Translations under genes and position numbers: made by a program
Part shown: positions 11,197 through 20,495 of the stretch, piece by piece
Layout: each line of letters opens with the position of its first letter
How positions within the stretch are numbered: position 1 is the stretch's first letter
Assembly: GCA_040285825.1 (NCBI GenBank)
Contig: JAUPSS010000005.1
Coordinates: forward strand, 124,001-188,000
Direction: 5' to 3'
DNA from: Eukaryota sp. TZLM1-RC
Taxonomy: Eukaryota > Protista > Metamonada: BaSk clade
Length of the DNA: 64,000 nucleotides
Notes under the pieces: model-generated
The model's database searches: none
Told to the model about the DNA's origin: nothing
The model's input: only the letters and a program-made list of their open reading frames with translations

Positions 11197-11844
11197 CTAT
11201 TTCCTTTTAAGAAAAAAAGTAACCAGTATAATCAAAAACAAAACCAACCCCCAGATTAAAGTATTCCGTACCCTTCGTATCCTTGTGGCTCGCACTATAC
11301 TATCAATGGCTGGAAATTTGGATAAAAGCAAAGAAAGTCTTCCTGTGGTAGATAGCATGTGTTCTCTTTGATCTAATAGAGAATTTCTCGCCACATCCAC
11401 TTGGTCCATTAGTTCATCAGCTATGGAATGAGAGGCCGCAATAGAAGCTCTCGTTCGTGTGTTTTCATCGGTAAGTATGTGACCTTCTGTCTGAACCGCA
11501 CCTTGAAGAAGTTCAACACGGTTTCTTTCTCGTAAGATGTTCTTCCATGTTGATTCAAACTGACGTTTAAGTGACTCGTGACGTTGAGAAACACCATTTG
11601 CTAGTTGATACTGGCCAACATTGTTTTGAGAAAGGGAATGAAGCTTACGTGCTGATGAGTGCAAGTTTTCAAGCTGATGCTCAATTGTGTCACGGACATT
11701 GTTGCAAAGAGAGACAGAATTGTCTATTTCCGAGTCTGGTGACCTGATGGATGATAGAAATGATACCAGTTCCCCTATATTTTGAGTTATTTTGGATTCA
11801 AGGATGCGACATTCCCTTGCAACGGAGTCAAATGAATCCGCCAT
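11197..11844 (-). CDS. GOS1: Golgi Qb-SNARE GOS1/GOSR1-like, copy 1
   Basis: AR..R.LE..I N-terminus, SNARE motif, L..QR...., FPAI.S......RR.RN.LI, C-terminal TM. Confidence 0.8.
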   Translation of the reverse strand: MADSFDSVARECRILESKITQNIGELVSFLSSIRSPDSEIDNSVSLCNNVRDTIEHQLENLHSSARKLHSLSQNNVGQYQLANGVSQRHESLKRQFESTWKNILRERNRVELLQGAVQTEGHILTDENTRTRASIAASHSIADELMDQVDVARNSLLDQREHMLSTTGRLSLLLSKFPAIDSIVRATRIRRVRNTLIWGLVLFLIILVTFFLKRK

Positions 11845-12139
11845 TGTTAGATGTAGTCCCTATAGCAAAGAGATAAGTACAGTATCCCAATTAATAACCA
11901 ATTATTTGATTCACTTGCGGTAGTTTTACAAAATTCCTTTTTTTCCAAATACTTTTTCCCCCTGTTCTATGGCTTCCTTTTTTGACCTATCTGAATAGGA
12001 AAACACGGATATTCAAGACTCTGATGTTGATTCATTCATACCCTACCTTGACACTGTTTCTGAAAGTGCTGCCCAAATCTTATCTCCTCCCCTTCCAATC
12101 AACATAGAGAGATGCAGCTATTAGCAACTGTTCCTCTTA

Positions 12140-14150
12140 CTGAAAGTTCAAAAGGAAGTGATTCAACCAAAACAATCTAAAATTGACAATAACAATTCAA
12201 GACTCTGACATATCGTACTTTTTAATGTAAGTCTATTATCTAAATATTGATCCACCGGTGATGTTAACTCACAAATCAGGACTGTCTTCCTTCTTGATTC
12301 ATCTGTATTTTTTGAGATTAGAATAAGATCATGTCTTAACTCAGTCACAACCAAAGGAGAAATTCTATTGCAAAGTAAAGAAAAAGGTTTATTGTGTTTT
12401 TCGGGGATTTGATAACTTGGACAACTGCATATTTCTAGGAAGTAAATTAATCAACATGGACAACCAATGATGATCAGCATTCATATTTTCCGAGTTAAAC
12501 ACGCTATAGGGACTACATCTAACAATGGCGGATTCATTTGACTCCGTTGCAAGGGAATGTCGCATCCTTGAATCCAAAATAACTCAAAATATAGGGGAAC
12601 TGGTATCATTTCTATCATCCATCAGGTCACCAGACTCGGAAATAGACAATTCTGTCTCTCTTTGCAACAATGTCCGTGACACAATTGAGCATCAGCTTGA
12701 AAACTTGCACTCATCAGCACGTAAGCTTCATTCCCTTTCTCAAAACAATGTTGGCCAGTATCAACTAGCAAATGGTGTTTCTCAACGTCACGAGTCACTT
12801 AAACGTCAGTTTGAATCAACATGGAAGAACATCTTACGAGAAAGAAACCGTGTTGAACTTCTTCAAGGTGCGGTTCAGACAGAAGGTCACATACTTACCG
12901 ATGAAAACACACGAACGAGAGCTTCTATTGCGGCCTCTCATTCCATAGCTGATGAACTAATGGACCAAGTGGATGTGGCGAGAAATTCTCTATTAGATCA
13001 AAGAGAACACATGCTATCTACCACAGGAAGACTTTCTTTGCTTTTATCCAAATTTCCAGCCATTGATAGTATAGTGCGAGCCACAAGGATACGAAGGGTA
13101 CGGAATACTTTAATCTGGGGGTTGGTTTTGTTTTTGATTATACTGGTTACTTTTTTTCTTAAAAGGAAATAGAAAATAATTTGTAAATAAACTGTCTTGA
13201 TTTATATCAAATAATTAAAAAAGAACTTTATTTCAAATGCGTTGTATTAATAACAAAAACAAACTACTTTTCTAACAAATAATCAAAGTGAAATACTGAG
13301 CTTGCAACACTTCACAGTTAGCATCAATGGTGTTCAATTACTCCACCTTATCAAACAACCATATGTAAGATTCTTTAGCATGGAAGAGTGTGAAATGCCA
13401 GTTATGTACGGATGGTTTTCAGATGGTTTGTGGATTCTAAAATGAGTAATCTTTTCCTCAGTATTTACAACTATCAGCATCTATTTATTAGGCTTCTTTG
13501 AACAATAATTCATTGGTCAAGATTGTTAAAAGATAGGTAATACATTTAATTCAAATAAATTTAATTGAAAGTTACAACCTAAATAATTCTAGGTGGTAGA
13601 TCAATCAAACATGGACAGCCAATGATGATCAGCATTCATATTTTCCGAGTTAAACACGACATTATTCATTGAAGATTATTTTACACTCCATGAATGTGTC
13701 AATTCTTCTTTGAATTTCATCATATTTAGCTATGGAAATAATTTTCTTAGGAATCTGGGTATTTGTCAATCGATTTCTTTCTTCAACCAAGGAAGAATAT
13801 TTTTCCAACTTTTTGATTGGATTAAATTTCTGTTTCCAAATTAATTTTCTTTTTTTCATTATTTCAAATAAATTTCTCAAGTCAGGATCAGAAGAATTTT
13901 GCAAAATGTGGAATTTCTGAATTTGACATTCTTTATACAATAAGGTAAGATCGGGAAAACCAAGATCACCCTTACATTGAGGTAACTACAGATAATCCAC
14001 ATTGGTAGTCCTAATGACACCTAGCCATGACTTCAACGTTCTACTCAATGTCAATGCAATAGTAGTTTCAATAAATGTGATCGGTAATTCATGTACTTGT
14101 AATACCAAAGTAAATATTATAGAAAACATAATTCAATTGTTTTGGCCTTC
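12140..14150 (-). mobile_element. Decayed RLE-type non-LTR retrotransposon (R4/NeSL-like), split by GOS1 copy 2 into 13589-14150 and 12140-12503
   Basis: PDL.LLYK..Q..K..ILQNS.DP post-RT segment; LRHDLILI....VLICELTSPVD...R endonuclease motif; ~70-bp segment repeated on both sides of the GOS1 copy. Confidence 0.55.
12525..13172 (+). CDS. GOS1: Golgi Qb-SNARE GOS1/GOSR1-like, copy 2 (identical protein)
   Basis: Identical 215-aa translation to copy 1. Confidence 0.75.
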   Translation: MADSFDSVARECRILESKITQNIGELVSFLSSIRSPDSEIDNSVSLCNNVRDTIEHQLENLHSSARKLHSLSQNNVGQYQLANGVSQRHESLKRQFESTWKNILRERNRVELLQGAVQTEGHILTDENTRTRASIAASHSIADELMDQVDVARNSLLDQREHMLSTTGRLSLLLSKFPAIDSIVRATRIRRVRNTLIWGLVLFLIILVTFFLKRK

Positions 14151-14179
14151 ATAATGGGTAATAATTGTTTGTTCGAATG

Positions 14180-14613
14180 ATAGTTGAAGATTACGTCATG
14201 ACGTCATGACAAATCATGAATTATGTAATGGTTTTGCTTTCGAATTTTTACCCATTAACTAATCACAGAAATGAAGAATTTTGAAAACAAACTCCATACT
14301 TCTTTTTGTAATTGTATTCAAATTATTCAAATTGTTTAATAAAGGATCAACTTTCCAAAGCAATCTTGTCCCACTATGAGTCTTCCTGTTGCTTCATGAT
14401 TCTCGTTTCACAGTACAAAAAGCAACCATCTTATATTTCTATAATGTTCTTTATCATTATTGATTTTATAGATCTATTTTGCATTTAGTTATAGTGTTAT
14501 TGAATAAAAATTATTAAAGATGAAGAAACAACAACTCGCAAAGAGGGCACACCCCATGCACACTGCTGTCATGACGCCATGACAAATTGGGTTTGAGTGT
14601 AATCTTCAACTAT
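14180..14613. mobile_element. MITE / non-autonomous TIR transposon
   Basis: Perfect 15-bp inverted ends ATAGTTGAAGATTAC/GTAATCTTCAACTAT (can be read as TA TSD + 12-bp TIR); subterminal GTCATGACG(T/C)CATGACAAAT direct repeats at 14195 and 14568; no ORF. Confidence 0.7.
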
Positions 14614-14631
14614 GTTTTGAATTGAACAATT

Positions 14632-14722
14632 GATCAAGATTTTGTAGAGGAAATCTTGATTCAATGATAGTCGTCCCATTAGTATTGAGTTAATTTAATT
14701 AAGTGTGCAAATTCAATAAATA
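14632..14722 (+). mobile_element. Extreme 5'-truncated family A CRE insertion (3' stub)
   Basis: Matches 3' end of the 1-1011 and 39620-40825 copies; flanked by AACAATTGATCAA duplication (14625, 14729). Confidence 0.85.
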
Positions 14723-14869
14723 TAGTAAAACAATTGATCAACTTTTAAACGTAAACAAAGTTTTTCAAAAGTCAATGTTGGAAACGAATTTTCAGACGAT
14801 GCCATTATCAAAAATTTATTATAAACAAAATAAAAAATAAAAATTTGAAAAATATATTTTGTATTTTTT

Positions 14870-15733
14870 ATTGAAAACTAACGGTAATGAATCGCTTTGA
14901 CCTTTGAAGGTGAAAATAATGACTCAGAAAACACAGATGAGCTGGATGAACCACCGAAAATGAATAGAAGATTAAAAAAAGAAATAAAGAATTACCCTGA
15001 TGCCAACAAAACCAGAGAAGTAAAATTGAAGGGTACTAAAGAGTGTTGCGTCGCAAACGCAGACAACCAGTCAAAATAATATTTGAAAGGCCCCTTATCG
15101 GCGTTGATCTGGGACAATTTAGATTATGTGGTTATTTCTTAATTGAAAAATCAATGTGTATCTATCCCTTGACCAACTGGCAGGAGGTACAGAACAAAAC
15201 CTTCACCCAGTAAACACTCTCCCAACCAATATTCCATTCAAAATTTCAACCAATCTTTGAATCATTGGAATTTGGTCAGGAGGAAAGTGTACTTGGAAAG
15301 TACACGCCAGAAATGGAAAATAATTAATTTTGGTTACCGCAGACGCAAAGAGAGACGGTTGCGAGAGAGCCTCAACAAATTTCAAAGGCTGGCTGGACAC
15401 CCTGAAAAACTCTACCATGCTGAGGGTTCTGCTAATTTCCCTTCTCATTGCCGAAAAATCAATCGATATGGATCTGATAGGGCTTTCAGAAAATGGTTGT
15501 GTTATCAAAAGGATGTGAAAAACTTGTCAACCAGTGAATTCAATACAAGCAAACTTTCCAATTCTTGCATGACCGAGAATATTCAAGCAGGCTCATGGCA
15601 AATGCGTATTTGTACTGAGTGTCAAATAGTATATGACAGAGACATTTCTGCTGTAAAAAATATTCAAATTAAGAAGAAAGCGGAATTGTGGCCGGAAAGA
15701 TACATTTGCCCAGAAGCTCTGTTGAGAAGATGA
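14870..15733 (+). pseudogene. Decayed Fanzor1/TnpB-family nuclease (WED-RuvC-ZnF part)
   Basis: KTNG motif ~14875; RuvC-I LIGVDLG..LCGY at ~15094; RuvC-II SEFNTSK; CTEC..YDRDISAVKNI RuvC-III; stops and frameshifts. Confidence 0.8.
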
Positions 15734-15821
15734 ATGAGAAACCTGAGCAAACAGATACTAAACTTTTGAAAAACTGATATTTTTTTGAGTTTTTTATTTT
15801 ATTTTTAATTAATTTGAAAAA

Positions 15822-16065
15822 CTTTTGAGACCGATCTACAAATACCTTAGTAGCATTTGGTAGATCCACTTAGATACATCAAGTCGCGAGGCTTTGTTCT
15901 GTGAAAGCAGTAGGTGTATTTAAGTGAGGTAGCCCATTGATGAAGATCATGATTGCCTTTGTCAAATGATGCTACATGTCTCTTACAGCCTGTGAGTAGA
16001 CAATGAGAAAGTTGAAAACAGGAGTGAATTTCACAGGGGAATGATGATAAGTGAAAATCACAGTA
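15822..16065 (+). ncRNA. Structured non-coding RNA candidate, putative Fanzor omega-RNA scaffold (copy A)
   Basis: Stems 15833-39/15860-66 and 15867-80/15913-26 enclosing GCGA and GAAA tetraloop hairpins, 15929-75 and 15977-16002; ~96% identical to 38444-38659 (minus); lies just 3' of a Fanzor remnant. Confidence 0.6.
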
Positions 16066-16103
16066 GATTCATTGACTACTACTATCTTCACAGGTCACCT
16101 ACA

Positions 16104-17132
16104 ATGCCTTCTTTAGTTCAACAGTTTGACTCAGCAGACACCCTCGTCTGCCGGGAACAGCAATACGCCAAACTCTCTGATGCATGGGATGCTTACCTAT
16201 CTTCTGACACTGGCATCTCTGTTTTTCTCACTGGTATTCCTGGCACTGGTAAGACGGCATTAGTCAATTCAATGCGCCGGAACTTTGAAAAACACTCATC
16301 TGCTCTGCTTTGGTTCAATGCACTCACCTCCAGGATGTTTTTAGATGTCACTTTGAGGCCAGGAACTGTCATGATTGTTGATGAAATCGATAGACTTGGC
16401 TCAAATTACTTTAATAAACTGAAACACATTTTAAAAGTTATTCAAGAATTAAATGTTTTTTGTATTTTTATTTCCAATGATTTACTATTTCATACAAATT
16501 TTTCTTCGTTTTCTCCTGTATGCATTAAATTCCCTGCATACACAACAGCTGAGGTCATTCATATCATTGAACATCGTCTCAACCACCTCACCAGTAGTGA
16601 TTCACTCTTTGACAATAAAAAGGCATGTATCACTGCTCTGTCCAAACGTGGGCAGGGGGATATAAGGAAGGTATTGGGGATCCTGCGAAAGGAGCTAATC
16701 AAGGTTGAGAAAGGGGGGCAAGTTGATGTTAGAAACCTTATTGGAAAGAGAGAAATAGTAAATGAGATTGAGAGTCTACCTCCAGTTATGAAGTGCCTCT
16801 GTTTTGCTATTTACATTGCATCTAAAGGTTCATCTCCTTGTACAGTTGGCAAGGCTGCTACTCTTTTTCGTCAGGTATCCAATCGGCTAAAGATTGCAGA
16901 TGGTATTTCTGAACTTACTGGATATTTGGTAAGTTTGGAGCAACGAGGCATTCTTTCTTTAAAAAGAGTGGATTCAAGGAAGAGAAGGTCAAAAATGAAG
17001 GTCAATCAATCAAAAATTCATGATAGTTCTTTGATTGATTGCAAGATAATTGAGGACGATATCCTTGCACTTGAAGATCAAGACTATTCTATGTTTGAAA
17101 GTATTGAATCAACAATTGATTTCGATAAATAG
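16104..17132 (+). CDS. Cdc6/Orc1-family AAA+ ATPase
   Basis: L.CRE.Q, Walker A GIPGTGKT, Walker B IVDEID, ISN, F.AYT, GDIRK, C-terminal winged helix; start placed at MPSLV (16104). Confidence 0.8.
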   Translation: MPSLVQQFDSADTLVCREQQYAKLSDAWDAYLSSDTGISVFLTGIPGTGKTALVNSMRRNFEKHSSALLWFNALTSRMFLDVTLRPGTVMIVDEIDRLGSNYFNKLKHILKVIQELNVFCIFISNDLLFHTNFSSFSPVCIKFPAYTTAEVIHIIEHRLNHLTSSDSLFDNKKACITALSKRGQGDIRKVLGILRKELIKVEKGGQVDVRNLIGKREIVNEIESLPPVMKCLCFAIYIASKGSSPCTVGKAATLFRQVSNRLKIADGISELTGYLVSLEQRGILSLKRVDSRKRRSKMKVNQSKIHDSSLIDCKIIEDDILALEDQDYSMFESIESTIDFDK

Positions 17133-17564
17133 TGAGAAATTAATTGGTTATAGGTATTTATTTGACTAAAACATTCAGTTTTATGCTAATGTTTACATTT
17201 TTTGATTTTTTTCTTGAAGAATTGTGTAATCATCAATTTCTCATAATAAATTACTCATTCAATAATTCTTATTCGAGTACTTGAACACACATCAGTTTTT
17301 CATCAATTGCATAGTTCAATTCTGATTTTCTTAACATTGGTGATTTTACATCACTTGAACCAACACTGTGTTCAATGTTGTGCAGTAGTAAAGATATTTA
17401 AATTTCGGATTTGAAATATACAACGACTCAATTTACACAAAGACAAAGTCACAAGGTCACCAAAAGGAAGTTTCAACATATTGAAGTATTATGAAGGTAC
17501 ATAATAATAATGATAAAATAATTAAAAATCTACTTGGATTTAATTTTTTATTTTTACTCAATGA

Positions 17565-17787
17565 TCTGTTGAAACCTTTTTCTGCTGAGTCTTTCCGTTC
17601 CCTCCGAATGTTACCATTGGTTGTTGTTGGCTTACTTGGCATTCTTTCTGGTTTGAGTAGAAACATTGACAATCATCACCATGTGGGAGACATTGTTTGT
17701 GGTCTTGTGCTAGGTGGTATTGTTGCTGTTTGGGCTTGGTATTTGCGTCAAAAGTACATTAATAACATTGTCAACAAGAACGGATGA
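17565..17787 (+). pseudogene. PAP2/lipid phosphate phosphatase C-terminal fragment
   Basis: SR.IDNHHH..DIV.G motif with flanking TM helices; no N-terminal portion. Confidence 0.6.
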
Positions 17788-17811
17788 TTCCATTGAAATC
17801 AAGCTTTTGTC

Positions 17812-18058
17812 TATTTAGGTTGGTTCCTAGGAGAAAGGCCAAGAGCGAATGTGGTTAGCGTACTATTAATAGTTAGGAACGAGACAATTGTAGGTGTAAG
17901 GGAGTCAGAAATGTTGTTTCCGCTGACGTTGAGGGAAGTTAAGGACACGGGACAAGACAGGATGGTAGAGGTACCAGGGTCACGAAGGAGGTTGTGAATG
18001 TTGTCCTGTCAAGAGTCATTGTTAGGTTGAGTGGTTTCTATTTCAAGATTAAAGAAGT
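17812..18058 (-). pseudogene. RNI-like leucine-rich-repeat gene fragment
   Basis: Minus-strand translation SLTSLNVSGNNISDSLTPTIVSFLTINSTLTTFAL, with an in-frame TGA upstream. Confidence 0.45.
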
Positions 18059-18334
18059 GTCAAGTTGATCCCATTATGAAAATATACTTTATACGAACTC
18101 ATTGAAACAATACGTTCTTTTGATTGAATATGCTGTTGTTATCACCGAGAAAACTCCTTCAACTGTAACCCTTTCAAGAAAGAAAATAGTTGCGGCAGCT
18201 TAAATATCACGTACTATAGTGTTTAATTATCATTTTGCTCAGGCTTTGTATTTGTATAGATGTAAGAAGTTGTGAATAAATCAAATTTGTATTGTTGACT
18301 GTCTGATCTTTTCTCGACTGACATATTCACCCCA

Positions 18335-20247
18335 ATGGCAAATCCAGAGTTGTCACGTCGAGGGCGTGTACTCCCCTGGGAGGTTAACCGTCCTGAGCAA
18401 TCAATAAACGACAGCAAGACGACAGTTCCAGCAAGTGCTGCTCAGTTCTTCTCTACTGCAGCTCTTGTTTCAATGGAAAGACAGTTTCGCTATATTCGAA
18501 CTGTCACTGTGCTTACTGCCCGGTTAGCACAGCTGTTCGTCCTGCAATATCCGGAAATGGCTTTCTGGTTATATCAACAACAGTTTTGGTATCAATGTCA
18601 AGACTTTGTAATGGTACCTCACCCGACTGTGAGACGCCCATTCGAGAATCATATGGAAGTGTACCGCGCACTATATGATGTCTCTTTCCGACCTGGCTGG
18701 CCGTTTCCTCCTATTGGCTTTCAGAAGGGAACCGACAACTGGTGCCACTCTGACATTAGAAGCTTTCGCGTACTGCAAATGGCGAACAGCTTTTGTCAAA
18801 TACTTACTGATGGCCCTGTCTCCTGGAAGCTGAACTTCTTCCGGACAATGGCTACCTTCTTTGAGTGCCCTTGCCCAAAGAAATATGCTTCATTAGTGGT
18901 GAACACGACTGCAGCCACTATTCCTGACTCTTTGCGCGCGTGGTATGATGAAGGTCACCATGAGTACATAATGGACCTATTTATTCAGCAGGTAGTCGAC
19001 CCTCATCGTTTTGACGCTATGTTGATGCTGGACAATGTTGATCTCAGTCCAGACAACATCACCTTGTTATTCACTGCTGGGCTAAATATTTTATCCTTTC
19101 TGGAAAATATTGCATCTGACACCATGCGAAGAAATGCCGTGTCCCCATCCCCTAGTTATTCACCTGGATTTATCTCTTTTAGTCAACAACTGGAAAAGCA
19201 TTTTCTCTCTTTTGATGCCAACCGCTGTCTGCTGAAAGATCCGTTTGCATTTTTCAGAAAAAAGAAGTATCTGACTTACACAATCAGTTCAGATGCTGTT
19301 TCAATCCGCTTCACTTTTTCTTTTGCCCCCAAAAAAATAAGAATCGCCGGACAGCCAGAGAATTGGCAACCACCATAGCCAGTGGGGAACTCGATATGCC
19401 TGCAAAGAGTCGGAAGCGAAACTCTAGACTTCAACAACAGGTTCGTCCTAGGCAACGTCGAAGAACTGACGACGCCTATGAGCCTCCGCCAGTTGATCCA
19501 ATTGAACATTCATTTTGTGCAATTGATCCTAATCACAAAAATTTGTGTGGTTATTCAATTGGATCAAGAATTGATAATAACAATGTTGATCATCAACTTT
19601 CGGGCCTTGTTCTGAATCCAAACGCAAAGAAGATCATTCACCCCCCGGTCCTGACCCATGCATCACCAAATAGCTATTTTGCTGAGAATTTACACAAATA
19701 TCTTAATGAAGTAGCAATGCCTTTGATGTGGGTACCGACACAGGAAGAAATCAGCAATCCCGACTTCCGTCCGAGAACTATACTAGACCAACTGTTGATA
19801 AATGGAGATCGCCGAGCCCTGCGCCGCAACAAGTTTGATTTCTTTATAAGAAGGCAAAAAAGGATAATGGGATTAATTGAAAAAATTAAACTAATGGCTA
19901 ATGGAAGAGAAACCATAATTTGGTTTGGTAGTGGAGGTGATGGGCCATCAAGACAATCTGTGAAAACCCCAAGAAAGCGCTTTTTGAAGGAGATTCAGAA
20001 ACATTTTACATATGTGAGGCCTAATGGAGATGAATTCTACACATCTGCCAAAACGAATTGCTGTAAGGTATTCAATCAAAAGGTGTATCACGATGATGGG
20101 AGGGTGCACAATGATAAGTTTGTTTGCCCTCAATGTCAGACACTCTGGTCGAGGGACATCTCAGCTTCCAGAAACCAACTGGAGATTGCCATAAGTGAGC
20201 ACTACTACAATGAAAGACCTGAGGCGTTCCGGAGACCACGTAGATAA
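18335..20247 (+). CDS. Fanzor1 RNA-guided endonuclease (~637 aa if the -1 discontinuity at the A7 run 19331-19337 is repaired)
   Basis: ORF1 has Fanzor1-type N-terminal helices and ISSDAVS (TDG-like) motif; ORF2 has RuvC-I CAIDPN, WFGSG, RuvC-II GDEFYTSAK, NCC..CPQC zinc finger, RuvC-III WSRDISASRN; frames overlap at 19216-19378. Confidence 0.85.
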
Positions 20248-20415
20248 GTGTCATTCCATGTATTGCGTACCTGTACGCGTATTGTGATGTTGCTGCTTTA
20301 ACTATCATTTGATCGTGATATCATATAGTGATAGATCTAAAGTAAGCTTAACGTCTATCAAGATTGTATGAATTAGTCAAAAGCCAGAAGTGCGTTTTGA
20401 TAGAAATTCACAGTA
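20248..20415 (+). ncRNA. Candidate omega-RNA of the Fanzor at 18335
   Basis: Successive hairpins (GCGTAC/GTACGC; CTATCATT/AGTGATAG; TCAAAA/TTTTGA) ending at GAAATTCACAG, 156 nt after the stop. Confidence 0.4.
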
Positions 20416-20495
20416 GCAATTCCTTCTATTACAATTGGATACATTTTCAGCTGTTTTGATCAGCAACAGATCTTCTTGGAGTCACCCATTGATCA

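Larger units (their letters stand above)
10665..13704. repeat. ~1.2-kb inverted duplication (10665-11866 / 12503-13704) containing GOS1
   Basis: Arms are near-perfect reverse complements (coordinate sum 24369); one substitution noticed near 11171/13198. Confidence 0.95.

Noticed and set aside
15822-16065. Structured element as U1/U2/U3/U5/U6, SRP, RNase P/MRP, group I intron or hammerhead ribozyme
   Set aside because: No ACTTACC, GTAGTA, ACAGAGA, CAGG..AGCA helix 8 or group I R/S elements; TTGATGA lacks a properly placed GAAA core. Judged by eye only, so an Rfam scan is still needed
19326-19337. Canonical programmed -1 frameshift site
   Set aside because: Not an in-register X XXY YYZ heptamer; homopolymer error or mutation is more parsimonious, though slippage is not excluded
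18189-20330. Weak direct similarity flanking the Fanzor (GTTGC.GC..TTTAA.TATCATTT at ~18189-18240 and ~20289-20330) as element termini
   Set aside because: Short, gapped and AT-rich; no TIR or TSD could be defined
20414-20495. Matches of putative Fanzor guides to retrotransposons in this window
   Set aside because: Only matches of about 10 nt were seen, as expected by chance
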